From: Macrostomum lignano
Taxonomy: Eukaryota
Direction: 5' to 3'
Length of the DNA: 27,028 nucleotides
Assembly (NCBI GenBank): GCA_002269645.1
Contig: NIVC01001311.1
Location: forward strand, 1-27,028
Numbering within the stretch: the first letter of the stretch is position 1; every line of letters begins with the position of its first letter. The position numbers were made by a program, and so were the translations under genes. The notes under the pieces are model-generated. The model saw nothing but the letters and a program-made list of their open reading frames with translations. It had not been told where the DNA came from and searched no databases. Positions 1 to 11,800 of the stretch are shown one piece after another.

Positions 1-1137
1 AAAACATTTTCTCGCATGAGCTAGCTTAGTTCTTCTGAATGTGCCACAAGTGAGGTGTAGGCGAAACAAAAAACTGGTGCTGTAAACTGAGGCAGAAATT
101 ATTTCCGACAACTCAACAAGCCGGAACGTCTCGACTACTACTGCTAATAGATGTAAATGCATTCGAGCACGGAAGGCCACACCGGTACCTTGCCTCCAGG
201 CCGTTTGAAATCCGTCGCTATCGCTGCCGGAAGTCAGCTGGATAGTGTACAGGCTGACAACGTGGCTTAACAGACGCGTCCAAGTTAGGCTGGAGTGGTT
301 GGCTGCAGAGGACGCGACGACTATGGAGCTGACTGACTGTTTCTCAATTGCGCTACCAAAATATTTGTCTGCTTGGCGTTTAACGCTTCTTAAACTCTGC
401 GCGTCTCCTCCAGAGAAGTCAATTAATGTGGAGTCTCTCTCGGGCTAACCTGTTCCTCAAATTTTCAGCGTTGGAGTGGGCTGGGCGATAAGATAGTCTG
501 GACGGGATAGACAATTGAGAGAGTGAATCTACTCGGTCGATAGAGGGTCAAAAAATTTTCCAACTGTCAGTTCCTGCAGAGCCTCTGGGCGCGTCTATTT
601 CTCATCCGTTCTCTCTGGGTGCGCCCACTGCGTTCTAGGCCTGATTGGCTGCCATCTCCGGAGAGTCTGCATGCTGAGAACTGGGAGGGCGGGCGGTGGC
701 AGCAGGGGGGGGGGCTAGCCAAGGATTGGGACGGGATGGAGAAAGAAGAAAGGGAAATGAGGGGCAAAAGAAACTCCTCCTGGTAGGAGGCTCTAGAAAT
801 GATAGAAGTGCAAAAACATGTTGGCAGGATGGAGAGAACGCATAGCCCCCAGCCTCCCTGAGCTAACAGCCGCTGCCATCACAGCTTGAATGGCTGGTTG
901 TTCAGAAGGAAATGCCAAGTTTTTAGGCCGGTTGCTTCCCCAATCCTATCCTCCCCTCTCCGCGCGATACAATAGAAATTTCCGGACGTAGATTAGTAAA
1001 GACTTTCTGTCTTCACTTTTCTCCCGATTATGCACACTACATTTAATTTTGCAGGTTCTTCCAAAAGAAGTTCAGCAGCAGCTACTGGAAGTAGACTGGT
1101 GGAAGCATTGAAAATATATTAAATCGGAGCGCCTTAC

Positions 1138-4100
1138 CCCCAATCTCGAAGGTGGTATTGACAGAGCCTTGCAGGTTTGTAAACACGCACGTGTAGTTTC
1201 CCGCGTCATTTAACTTTACTGGCCTGATGGTCAGACGACTGACAATGCCGTGGGATCTGCAAACGGAATTTGACAGCATTTGCGTATTTATATTTATTTA
1301 GCCGTACTGAAAGAACGTCTTTTAACGGTAGATACTTTATACAAGTAACTCAAACATCACTATTTGCAAAGTCAGTTTTCGCTCCCACGACAAGTCAAAG
1401 GTGCTTTGAGACGAACAAAGAAGTTCTAAATATAGACAGTTCACCTACCGCTTTTTCATCTGCGCCCTCACGCGGTCGTCGAGCACCAAATTGGCGCCGT
1501 TCTTCAGCCAGCGCACGATCGGCGCCGGTTCTCCGCGAGCGCCGCAAACGAAACGCATTGAGACTTCGCGACTGCCCTTGTGCGGCGTGACGCCCTGAGG
1601 AATGGCCTTGACTATCCAGGGTGCTTTGGCTGCGGGTGGGTCGCAGTTTTTGGTTGAGAATGTTTAAATTTGCATGTACTTCTAGTGCAGATTTCCATTC
1701 TTGTTTAAAGCCATTATCAGTGGTCCCTAAACAACGTAAATGAGAGTTCTGAACTTGCTGCTGTTTATTCCAATTTTCAATTTAAGATAACAAATTCGTG
1801 TAGCAGAAAAATACAGATAAAAGTTAGCCACAACTAGCCGCAACAAATTCTTGGTACTCTAACTTTAATTACGAGCTAGCTGTCCAGCTGAAGTATTAAG
1901 AAAAATGGAATCAAGCTTGAACAGCAGCTACTGCCACGGCAGTACAGACGTTCCGCTACAATTCTGGCGCAGTTTCGACCGCCTGCAGCACTGGGCAGCG
2001 CAGGCGCCAGACAAAGAAATCATTGTCTTTAGGCAGCCAAATTCAGCTCGTCAAGCGATCAGCTTTGCCAGGTACCATCGTCTCACCGATGGCGTTGCGG
2101 CCCACTTAATTAGTGGCTACCCGAATCTTCATGTCCGAGACATCGTGCTGCTAATGGGGCCGAATTCTTTTAGCTACTGCGTAGTGGCGGCCGGTGTACA
2201 GAAGGCTGGTCTTGTCAGTCTCAAACTGCACCCCCAGACTCAAGCCAGCCTGCTGCAATCGGTCTCTAAGGCCGGCGCCAAGGCGGTGATCTACTTTGCT
2301 GACAGCGACATCTTTGAGGTTGGCGCGAATTGGCTGCAAGACTCCGCTGTGTCCATTCGAATCGACTTTGACTCGCTGTTGCGGAGCGCCCAGGAGCTAG
2401 TAGATTCCACAGAAACAGGTGAGCTGCAGGTTCTGTTGAAAGAGCGCCAAGCGCAAGTCTCCGCTGACGATAGTTGCTGCATTTATCCCACCTCGGGCAC
2501 AACCGGCCCTCCAAAACTGGTGCCGCACTCCCACTTTTCCATGGTCAACAGCGTCAGATTTCGGGCCATAAGCGCCTTGCTAACCAGTGACGACATATTT
2601 TTCACCGATCGCCCCACCGCGCACGTAGTTGGCGACTTCGGCCTTCTGATGGCCATGGTGAGCGGCCTGACTCTCGTCGTTGCTCCGACAAATACTTTCG
2701 CTGGGGACAGATGCTCTAAAAATGCCAACTGGCTGCTGGACATGCTGACCGAGGAGCGAGTGACTAGCGGCGACTTCTTTGGTTACCTGGTGCACGACAT
2801 GCTAAATAAGGCCTGTCGCGAGCCGCCCAAAACTCTTCGCAGCGCCCTAATTGCCGGCTCAATGACTACAAGCCAGCAGATGGGCAAGGCGATGACGCTG
2901 TTGCCTGGCATAGTGAATTATTACGGCACTACTGAAGCTAATATCATCACCGCCCCATGCCCGCCTTGGGGTCCGGTGGATGACCGACAGGCCAGGCGGG
3001 ACACAGTGGGCAGGCCTTGCCATGCACATGGAGTTGCTGGTCACGGATCCCAGCAATCGAGATGCTATTCCGCTGCCCCTGGGTAGCACCGGCGAAATTT
3101 GGGCCCGAGGCTTCTCAGTGACGCGAGGCTACATCGATGATCTGGAGAAGACTCGCGAGGCCATCACAGAGACCGGATGGTATCGGACTGGCGACCTCGG
3201 CTATATCGACGCCAACAGTCGCTTGACAGTCACAGGCCGGATCAAGGATCTCATCATCCGGGCTGCGGTGAACATTTCCCCCATCACCGTGGAAGAAGTT
3301 CTACGCACCCACCCAGACGTGCTTGAAGTTCTAGTGCTCGGCGTGCCAGACGAGCGACTCGGCGAGGAGGTTGCGGCCTGCGTTGTGCTCCGACCGGAGA
3401 GTCAGGAAAGACAGCTGCGGTCCGAGCGGGAAACTGCACTCAAGCTGGCCAGGTGGTGCCTGAGTCAGGGACTGGCGGAAAGTCGCGACGGCCTGCCGAC
3501 TGCTCCGAGGTACTGGGCCATACTTGCCGACTTTCCGACAAGCCGCATTGGCAAGGTTGTACGCTCCGAAGTCCGGGAGCAAGTGGCTCTCAGTAAAGGC
3601 TTCATTGACGGTCTCGAATTTCTTAGAAAACACTAAGAGTTGAAATATCCTTCGAGTTCAATGCGGATACTGATTCGAAAATTTTCAGTAGCTATTTCAG
3701 GCACTTACGCTTGTACATCATAAACTAAAGAAAAATGATTGCATACCCTATGAGCCGAACTAAAAATAGCACTGCGTAAGAGACGCCCACGGCATTGCCA
3801 ATAATGGCGAAAATAATTTTGGAACTAAGCAGTTTTGTCAATATGAAAGTATACTGCTATTATTCGATCTTCCTGTTAATGTTTAGACACTATTGAAACC
3901 ATAAAAACAAAATGGGATACCAGCAGAGTTTGTCTGATTTTGTAAAGCCCTATATTTACGATGAAAACCAAATAACTCCATACGACGTCGTTACGGCTAC
4001 GGCTAAAAAGAGGCTATAGGCTTGCACCATAAAACTGTTGAGCCGGTGCAAATTGCCTCTCAACTAAACAAAAGAATTCTAGAATCGGTTTAAAAATAGT

Positions 4101-4958
4101 TTTCAACAGCGAAAATCGTCAGTCAGCCATCTTGTGTGCCCACGCCACCCACCTTAGTTTGCTTTCTACCTGACTCTATGTCTATGCGTGCTCCACAGTA
4201 GGAAAAAATATGCTATTGTAGTAGGAGGCAGCGTCTGGCACAAAATCCAACCATAAAGCCCCACTTTCCGACTTCAAACTAGCCATATTATTTATTCATC
4301 GTCTCAAAGTAATCAGTGACAGTAAAATTTAAGCAAACTCAGCAAACCAGTGCATTATGTAATACTCGCATGAAAATGGATTTTGGCTCTTACGACATCG
4401 GTTTCGACGTCCACAGCTGACTCGGTCGAACTTGCGCAACCTCCTGGAGCGGAACTTTATCGGCAGGAAACTGTGCTTAAAGTATGTCGGGTCCAGCGTC
4501 GGCTTCAGGAAGAAGATGTAGCCCTTGTCGTTGCTGCGGAGTCGGCTAGGCGTGCACTGCTGTCTCTGTCGAGATCGCTGCCGTCTTGAAAGTGCGCCGC
4601 TGAACTCTCCCACCGTGATGCGACTGCCATTGCTGATTCGTAGCCTGGGACCAGATTTGGAGCCTCCAATTTTCAGCACCGAGTGGACCACAATGGTTAG
4701 ATTGAATCGATGAGAGGCGCTTGCTGATTCAATGATCTGCCAATTGAGAGCCCGCAGCACCAATTTCGACTGCAGCCACTTGGACTGGATGTCGTGAAAC
4801 TGACTGCCGCACTCCATCTGACCATCAGCCTCTCCGAATGCTGTTTGATGCAGACTGCGCCATTTGCGGCGACTGGCATTCGCCGAAGTGAAGCAAAGCA
4901 CGACGAGCACAATGAACAGCACTGCAGCTAGGCGGTGCATGCCGTTACAGAATTGCAT
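1138..4958 (-). CDS. Neuregulin/vein-like secreted protein (signal peptide + NRG type II/NRG2-like N-terminal domain + Ig I-set domain); 3' end not resolved in the window
   Basis: Exons 4958-4394 (ATG at 4958, or 4940; donor C|gtaaga, phase 1), 1629-1449 (acceptor cccgcag|, donor CG|gtaggt, phase 2) and 1256-1138 (acceptor tttgcag|, donor G|gtaagg, phase 1) join in frame. Signal peptide LAAVLFIVLVVLCFTSANA. GYIFFLKPTLDPTYFKHSFLPI resembles the NRG2 N-domain motif RYIFFLEPTEQPLVFKTAFAPL (from memory). Ig core FVCGARGEPAPIVRWLKNG...SRLTIRPVKLNDAGNYTCVFTNLQG. Confidence 0.8.
1905..3636 (+). CDS. ACSF2-like AMP-binding acyl-CoA ligase (ANL superfamily), intronless, one apparent +1 frameshift near 3015-3021 (about 576 aa if corrected)
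   Basis: ORFs 1905-3086 and 2980-3636 are consecutive halves. Motifs: N-terminal SYCHGSTDVPL, P-loop YPTSGTTGPPK, YYGTTE, TVGRP then (next frame) HMELLVTDP, GEIWARG, WYRTGDLGYID, GRIKDLIIR, GVPDERLGEEVAACV, C-terminal GK. Could be a pseudogene if the indel is real. Confidence 0.88.
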
Positions 4959-7900
4959 TTTGGTAGACCGGTGCAACACTAGCCAAGTTAATCAGTAAGC
5001 GCTGTAGGTAAACTGTTGGATTTTCACAAACAATGCAGGCATTATATGTCCCTTTTAATCCTCGTTAATAAGTGAGGCGGAGGGGAGGTGCGCGGACGAC
5101 CCACCACCGGGTTGGACTTGAGCGGGAAAGAACCGCGCTACCAGAAGCGAATGGCGACAGACAATGGAGCTTGGGGTGGGCTTAAACAGTCTGTGCGGCT
5201 TAAAATAAGCACTGTGCAGAGTTGAGTTGCACCTGGCGCCTCTACTTCCAGCGTCTACTTTAGGCCTGCCTGTCGTTTCAACAACGCCGTGAAGCGTGGG
5301 AACGTCGAATTATGGTTGGCTGATTGTCTCCCTTCGGGTAGGCAATCTTGACAGCTGCAGTGTTTGAGATGGCTTTTGGCTATGTACAGTAGTTACCGTG
5401 CGTAGGCGGGAGCGAAATCTTGAGAGCAGGAAGAGAGTCCTTCGGGTAAAGCAAGCCAGGAGTGATACAGAAAGAGAAAAGATGGAGCTCCTGCTGTGTG
5501 CTTTGCGCTGACTGTCTGAGAAAGTCTTGGGCCTACAATTTCGTTGGGGCCGCCAACTTAGAGCGAATTTTTCTATGCAGTGTCAGATTTAACAGTAATA
5601 AGGCAACCATGGAGACTAAGAGAAGAAGGGATTCGAACGCTGTCTGCTGTAGAGTTCTGGTGCGAGGGCGTGAGGCGCGAGTATGAAAAGCTTGCGTTTG
5701 CGTGGGCACGGCCACAATGAAGCAAGCTGGCCAGCGAATGAGATCGGAGGGGGGCAGAGGTGGGTGAGAGAAAGAACGGGACTGATGAAGAGAGAGAGAG
5801 AGCTAGGTAGTGGCCATTCCATGAACTTCCCGATAAATAATTTTTTCTTCAAAAATGCATGAAATTTCCGGGTGAGTAGTGAAAGTGATGCTGCATTCAG
5901 GTTCAAGCAGCTGAGGTCACTATACGAGTATGTCCTGTGAAATCAGGCAGATATGAAAAAAATCAACGCTCACAAGTCTAATAGTGTTCTTTTGACAAGA
6001 GGCCTAGTGGAAAGCAGTGTGCAGCTGGAAGAGTGATTTTGCGTCATCTCGCTCGTTTCAATTCAAATATTTCTGTTCTCGGGTTTAGAAACATTGCTGC
6101 TCAAAGTGTTTGGAGCGCGAAAAGGCTCAGGTTCTGAAGTGTCTGCAGTGAGTTGCAGGCGAGTCTGCAAAGTAGTTAAAGCAACGACGTAATACCCTTT
6201 CCCTGCTACTCATGCTCAATCCCAGCCAACGGCCAGTTAAAACTTGTCGGAGTGCTTCTGCGGGGGTTGTTCCACAGATTCTTAAGTGCTACAGCAACAA
6301 GACGCGCAGAGCAACGTTGCCGACTAGTCTGGTTGAGCTGGCTGAAGAAGTGAAAGCAAAGCCGCCCGTGCTCAACCAGTCGATTTTTCTGTATCGATGG
6401 GTGTTCGTCCCAATCTTTGGACTGGCCTTTAGTCCGCGCGGTTGTCGCAGAAATGGCTGAAAATAATTGAATCGGCACGAGCAAGCATGCAGAGGGACCA
6501 GCTCTGTATTTGCCAGACTCCGCAAACCCAGACTCCAGACTCAGTGAGAGCTGCTACAGCCTTGGAATTAAATACAAAAGTGCCATTCCGAAAACTGTCT
6601 TCGATTACTCTCGCCTCAACGCCCTGGCACTTCTGGCTCGAATATTGACTTGATCAATTTTCCAGTTGCTTCCAGTTAAAAAAATGTCTTGCTTAAGTTG
6701 CCGAAAATGGAAAACAAACTTACCATGAGAATTGGAGTAGCACATGCTATGATATGATAAGTGCCGAGCTGAAATCACAGCATACTGATGACACTGATGA
6801 GGTGCAGAGATGTCAGTCCAATCAAAATATTTAGACGCAGTAGCAAGTTTTAATGCTAAAAATTCATAGCCATCTATATAAGTAGTTACTATATATAAGT
6901 AGTTATATATATAGTCGTTCTGTCCGCAGAAATTGTAGGGAAAAATGATCGAGCAGTGTTTGGACAGAGCTCTCTTGAGAATTGACACTTCGGTTGGATT
7001 CAAGCGTTATTATCAATAAAAACTGCGAAAGATGTGTGTTAAAGTGCACTAGCAGTACTAGTATGGGTGAAGTCAAACACTATAGCCGTCAATGCCAAGA
7101 CTTATTTGATTTCACTGTTACTTCTTAAATGCACAAATTCTAAAAAATCGTTCCTATCAACATAGCCTTTTTATAGTAGGCTTTGAATTCCACACGAGGC
7201 AGTAACTATCAGTACTAACAGTAGTACTAACAGTAGTAAATATCTGTTATATAGTACACTAGTACACAACTAAAAGAAAAATGACGAAGAAACACAAAAT
7301 CCAGTAAATCTTGCGTTTAACAATTTCCCTCTGGTGCAAGTTAGAAATCAATTTAATTTACCTAATTTTAACCAGAAAAGTTTAGAAGTTAGCACTGTTC
7401 GATTCATTTCTTCTAAAAAATCTTTCGTCGGTTGATTGATGAACCTCAGTTAAACAAGAGCTAAAATTTTCAGCTCAAAGTTTATTGATTACACCGGCGC
7501 AGTGCGCGGGCCAATACAGTTAATAATTAATTTAGCTACCTATAGCATTATTGCGCCAGTTTCCAGTCGCCAATTTACCGCCTAAACCGCCAGAGGCGCT
7601 CTCGTGTTTTTGTAGCATTTCTATAATTGGATCTTTAGGGTAGCAGAGAACTTCTGAGCTTGGAGCTTTGACAAGCCCGGTAAGGGACCTCTGGCTAAAG
7701 ACCTGGACTGTAGCCACGCAGGGCCTACAGAAGAACCTTTAACAATCGGGAGTATGAAGAATGTCTGATGTCTTGGGTGGCTTTCCAATCCAGGCAATCA
7801 AGAGGTCTATGTAGTCGGCTAAAGTCCGACGGAATGAAACAACGGTTTGAGTTGAGAGAGGGGGAGACCGGGACAGTGGAAGAGGAACGGGGAAAGGAAC

Positions 7901-8813
7901 AATTCAATAAAAGGAATGTGCTAGAAGCAAAACGCACGCCTAAACGAACAGAATTGCCAGACTGACCCTTACACTTGTTCCCTTTATTAGCCAAGTAAAG
8001 AGAATATAACTTTGTGCAGGTTAATTATGAGTCCTACTATAGTAAAGTAGCCCACACGAAACCCTCTAGCACCCGACTAAAATATTTTCAAATCTGTTGG
8101 CCCAAACAACAGCTCTCTTTCTGTTGTGCAAGAGAGCACTCAACTATAACCTCCATAAATGGCGACCCCAACACAGTTGAGTCACATTGAACTGAAACGC
8201 TGGGTTGAGGGGAGGCAGGCTTGCTTTGCAAGCCTCTCTGTCCTCTCTACCCCCCCCCCCGTCAAAGCGGAGTCGACCTAGAGACGTGGTAAATCAGGAG
8301 AGAGAGGCGAGAGGCCAATCTAGTCCAGGTATGTACGTCTTGCTCTACCCCAATCTCTATAGAACTCTGTACAACGAGCACAAGCGTTGGCAGTACAGGG
8401 GAGACCAGCGACACGTACCCACCGTCCTTGGACCAATGACTTGCCAGTCGCGTCTACTTCGCGACAAGGGAAATCCTGGCTGCTGAGCGCACAGCTAAAG
8501 CGCTAGAGTCGAGAGCTTGACGGGTCAGCACAAACCTTCTCTCGAGTGGTCTCACTCTCGCGAGTCTGTTATTTAAACTTTCATAAGACCTGGAAGACTG
8601 AGAATATACACAGAGACATGTAAGAAAAGAAAAATCCATTTTAGGTTGCTAAGCCTGAGTACACAAAGCTGTTTAATCTCTTTGTAGTCAAGCGAGCCTC
8701 AGGCACAAAAGGGTCCTATTCAGGTGATATCCAAAATGCAATCTATACCAAATTAGTTGTTTAAAACAACCAGATTTTGTTCAACTAGTCTAAAGACGCC
8801 ACCCGAAGATAGA

Positions 8814-11800
8814 ATGCCTGGCTACACTTATTTCTTCGTGGACAGCGTGCCGAAGCAGTGCATCTGCCCGATCTGCAAGCTGCCGATGCAGGCTCCAGTA
8901 GTTTTGACCTCCTGTCAGCACGTGTTCTGCGACTCCTGTCTACGACCGAGGCATAGACGAGGTCACAGGTGAGTAGATTTATTGTGCTCTGCTGTCTAGA
9001 TCATGTAGAGACGATAGCAGGAAAATTTCCTATTATATTTCAGTCACAATCGTGCATCACTGGACCTGGACTCGAGCCTGATGTGCCCATTGGATGAACA
9101 ACGAGTGGATAGTAGGAATGTAAGACTGAGAATCATATCGCTGTTCAAAGTGAGCAACAATCGCCCCTTAGACTGCCTATAGGAATTGCCCCATGAGTAA
9201 CCAAGAATCGCCCCAGAGTGACAGAGTGACCTGAAATCGTTCTTTAGAGACCTATAATCGCCTCTCTGAGTTACCAGGAATTACCTCTCAATGTCTTTTT
9301 AATTAGTCAAATGTTTGCGCCGACAGTAACCGCCAAAGACACTCTATTAGGTAATTTCCAATCAATTCACCAGGTGAAAAGCAGCGTTGAACTGAGCAAC
9401 CAAATTGAAAACTGCATGGTTCGATGTCCACAGGAGCCTCAAGGCTGTCGCTGGGTTGACATCGTCCGAAATGTGCCGGTGAGTAACGCATGATATGGTG
9501 AGAGAGTGGTGAATGTCCAAGGACGGTGCCTTCATGACATTTTCCCCTGATCATTCAGGATTCAGTTATCACAATCAGTGTTATCACCATTCAAAAAGCA
9601 GCAAAAGGTACATACAATTTCAACAGCAGCAAGAAACACTGCCATAAAGGTAAAAAAGAGAGCAGCGTCACTTTCGAAGGGACCTTCGGAGCCTACAACA
9701 TGAAAAACTGATACTTTATAGAAATTCTTTGGAGTCCTCGGGTCTTTCTTCATGTGCCATTGGAAATGCATGGTAAATATCTAAAGGTACTCATATCGTA
9801 CACAGATAACTACAGATAGGAAGTCGTCATTGAAGCGTCAAGCCTACGTCTATGAAAAAATGGAGTCTTTTGTCTCGGATTAATTCCTTTATTGCTGCAC
9901 TCACCTGATTGAGTTGAGATACTTGCTATTTTGATCTGAGCGTGGGTAGCTTATTGTCAGCGATGAATTTCATGCAATTTATTGCGCATCAGAAATGCAG
10001 AACCATTCCCATATTGCATTGCTCACGTCCAAACTGCATTCACGACTCCCTGTTCCCAGAGCCCACATGCGGCCTCTCCTCTCTATCCATCCGTCCCTCG
10101 GGTCCTTTGAAACTTCACAATGGCAATCATCCCATCTCTCCCCTCTCCCCTCTATTCCCTCTTATTTCCTCTCTCATCTTCTTTACACTGAGTGTTTCAA
10201 TCACTTCTCCTTATTCTTTCTTAATATCCAGTGGAATTCAACTTGAATCCATCTTCAACGAGTCCAAATGTTTGCTAAGCAGTTCTTACGAACAACCCCA
10301 ACCTGTATTTATGATAATTCTATGGACAAAATCGCGGCTAAAAGTTACTGTATACGATCTTATTATTCAGTTCTCTTTACTCTCTTGCCTCCTCTCTTTG
10401 CATGTACATGCTACATACACTCGCTCCATTGTGTAGCACCGTGTGTACGCTTAATTATCTTGCCTTCACTTCGTCTCTTCAAGTGTCTGTTTCTCTTCCC
10501 TTTGCTTGTGCATTTACTACCCAACATTTTTATTTCGTATTTTTTGCAGCCGTGAGAATTTTAATATCCCAGAGCTAAAATCCATGAACTGCTGTGCCGA
10601 TAACAAATCCTGATGCTTGATTATGGCGCCAATAAATACTTGACTCTGGTGCAATGACTCTGGCGCCAATAGTTGTGTGGACTCTGGCGCCAATAGTTGT
10701 TTGACTCTGGCGCCAATAGTTGTTTGACTCTGGCGCCAATAGTTGTTTGGACTCTGGCGCCAATAGTTGTTTGACTCTGGCGCCAATAGTTGTTTGGACT
10801 CTGGCGCCAATAGTTGTTTGACTCTGGCGCCAATAGTTGTTTGACTCTGGCGCCAATAGTTGTTTGACTCTGGCGCCAATAGTTGTTTGACTCTGGCGCC
10901 AATAGTTGTTTGACTCTGGCGCCAATAGTTGTTTGACTCTGGCGCCAATAGTTGTTTGACTCTGGCGCCAATAGTTGTTTGACTTTTCCAACATGCTTTT
11001 GCTCCAAAAGTTTTTTTTTGTTTTTTGAGGCAAACCTCGTAGGCATAAAGTCAAACTCATGAAACCCGACACACCCCAGAGCGCTCCTATTCAAACATCA
11101 ATATTTCCCAACCTAAACGTGCAACCCGAGGACGCAAACTAATCCTCGGTCTGGAACTGTAGTCACGATTGCAATCGTATTCACTCTGCTCAAACCGGCT
11201 TGCAGAGCCACCTGGAGACTTGCCGCTACGTGGCGGTGCTCTGCCCCCAGAACTGCGGGGACATGGTGTGCAGAGCGTTTCTCAAGGAACACGTCGATCA
11301 TGCCTGCTCAAGGAGGCGACGCCTGTGTCAGTTCTGTAGGAACAGCTTCAGCGCTGAGGAATACCCAGTGAGGATGCCTGTTATAAGATCGTGAATCTCA
11401 AATCTCAGATCCTGAATCCCAAATCTCAGATCCTGAATCTCAAATCTCAGATCCTGAATCCAAATCTCAGATCCTGAATCCCAAATCTCAGATCCTGAAT
11501 CCCAAATCTCAGATCCTGAATCTCAAATCTCAGATCCTGAATCCAAATCTCAGATCCTGAATCTCAAATCTCAGATCCTGAATCCCAAATCTCAGATCCT
11601 GAATCCCAAATCTCAGATCCTGAATCCTGAATCTAAAATTCTCTCCGAAACGCAAAAAATCTCTCATTGGAATGCCAACTTTCAATCGAATCCCAAGTCT
11701 GAAGTAGTATAGTTAGTATAGCCCGCACAGGTAACCAGCCCTACACCTTGTAAAAAACTGGCTTTCAGAAGCACGAAGGCACCTGTCCAGACGAGCAGGT

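Noticed and set aside
245-449. Fourth neuregulin exon at 449 or within the open minus frame at about 110-445
   Set aside because: The acceptors are purine-rich, the phase-compatible one at 449 stops immediately, and the open frame has no EGF motif.
5329-5455. Two CCTTCGGGTA motifs (possible cUUCGg tetraloops) about 108 nt apart
   Set aside because: Stems are only 2-3 bp and no larger fold is evident.
5000-8750. Short ORFs (60-132 aa) between the neuregulin-like gene and TRAF4
   Set aside because: No recognisable motifs or consistent splice chain; may hold repeat remnants I cannot classify.
10623-10984. CRISPR-like array of 23-nt repeats
   Set aside because: Units are directly adjacent with no unique spacers, there are no cas genes, and the context is a eukaryotic intron.
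10517-11094. Three minus-strand ORFs with QLLAPESNNYWRQS repeats
   Set aside because: Translation by-products of the 23-nt minisatellite; the same peptide appears in all three frames.
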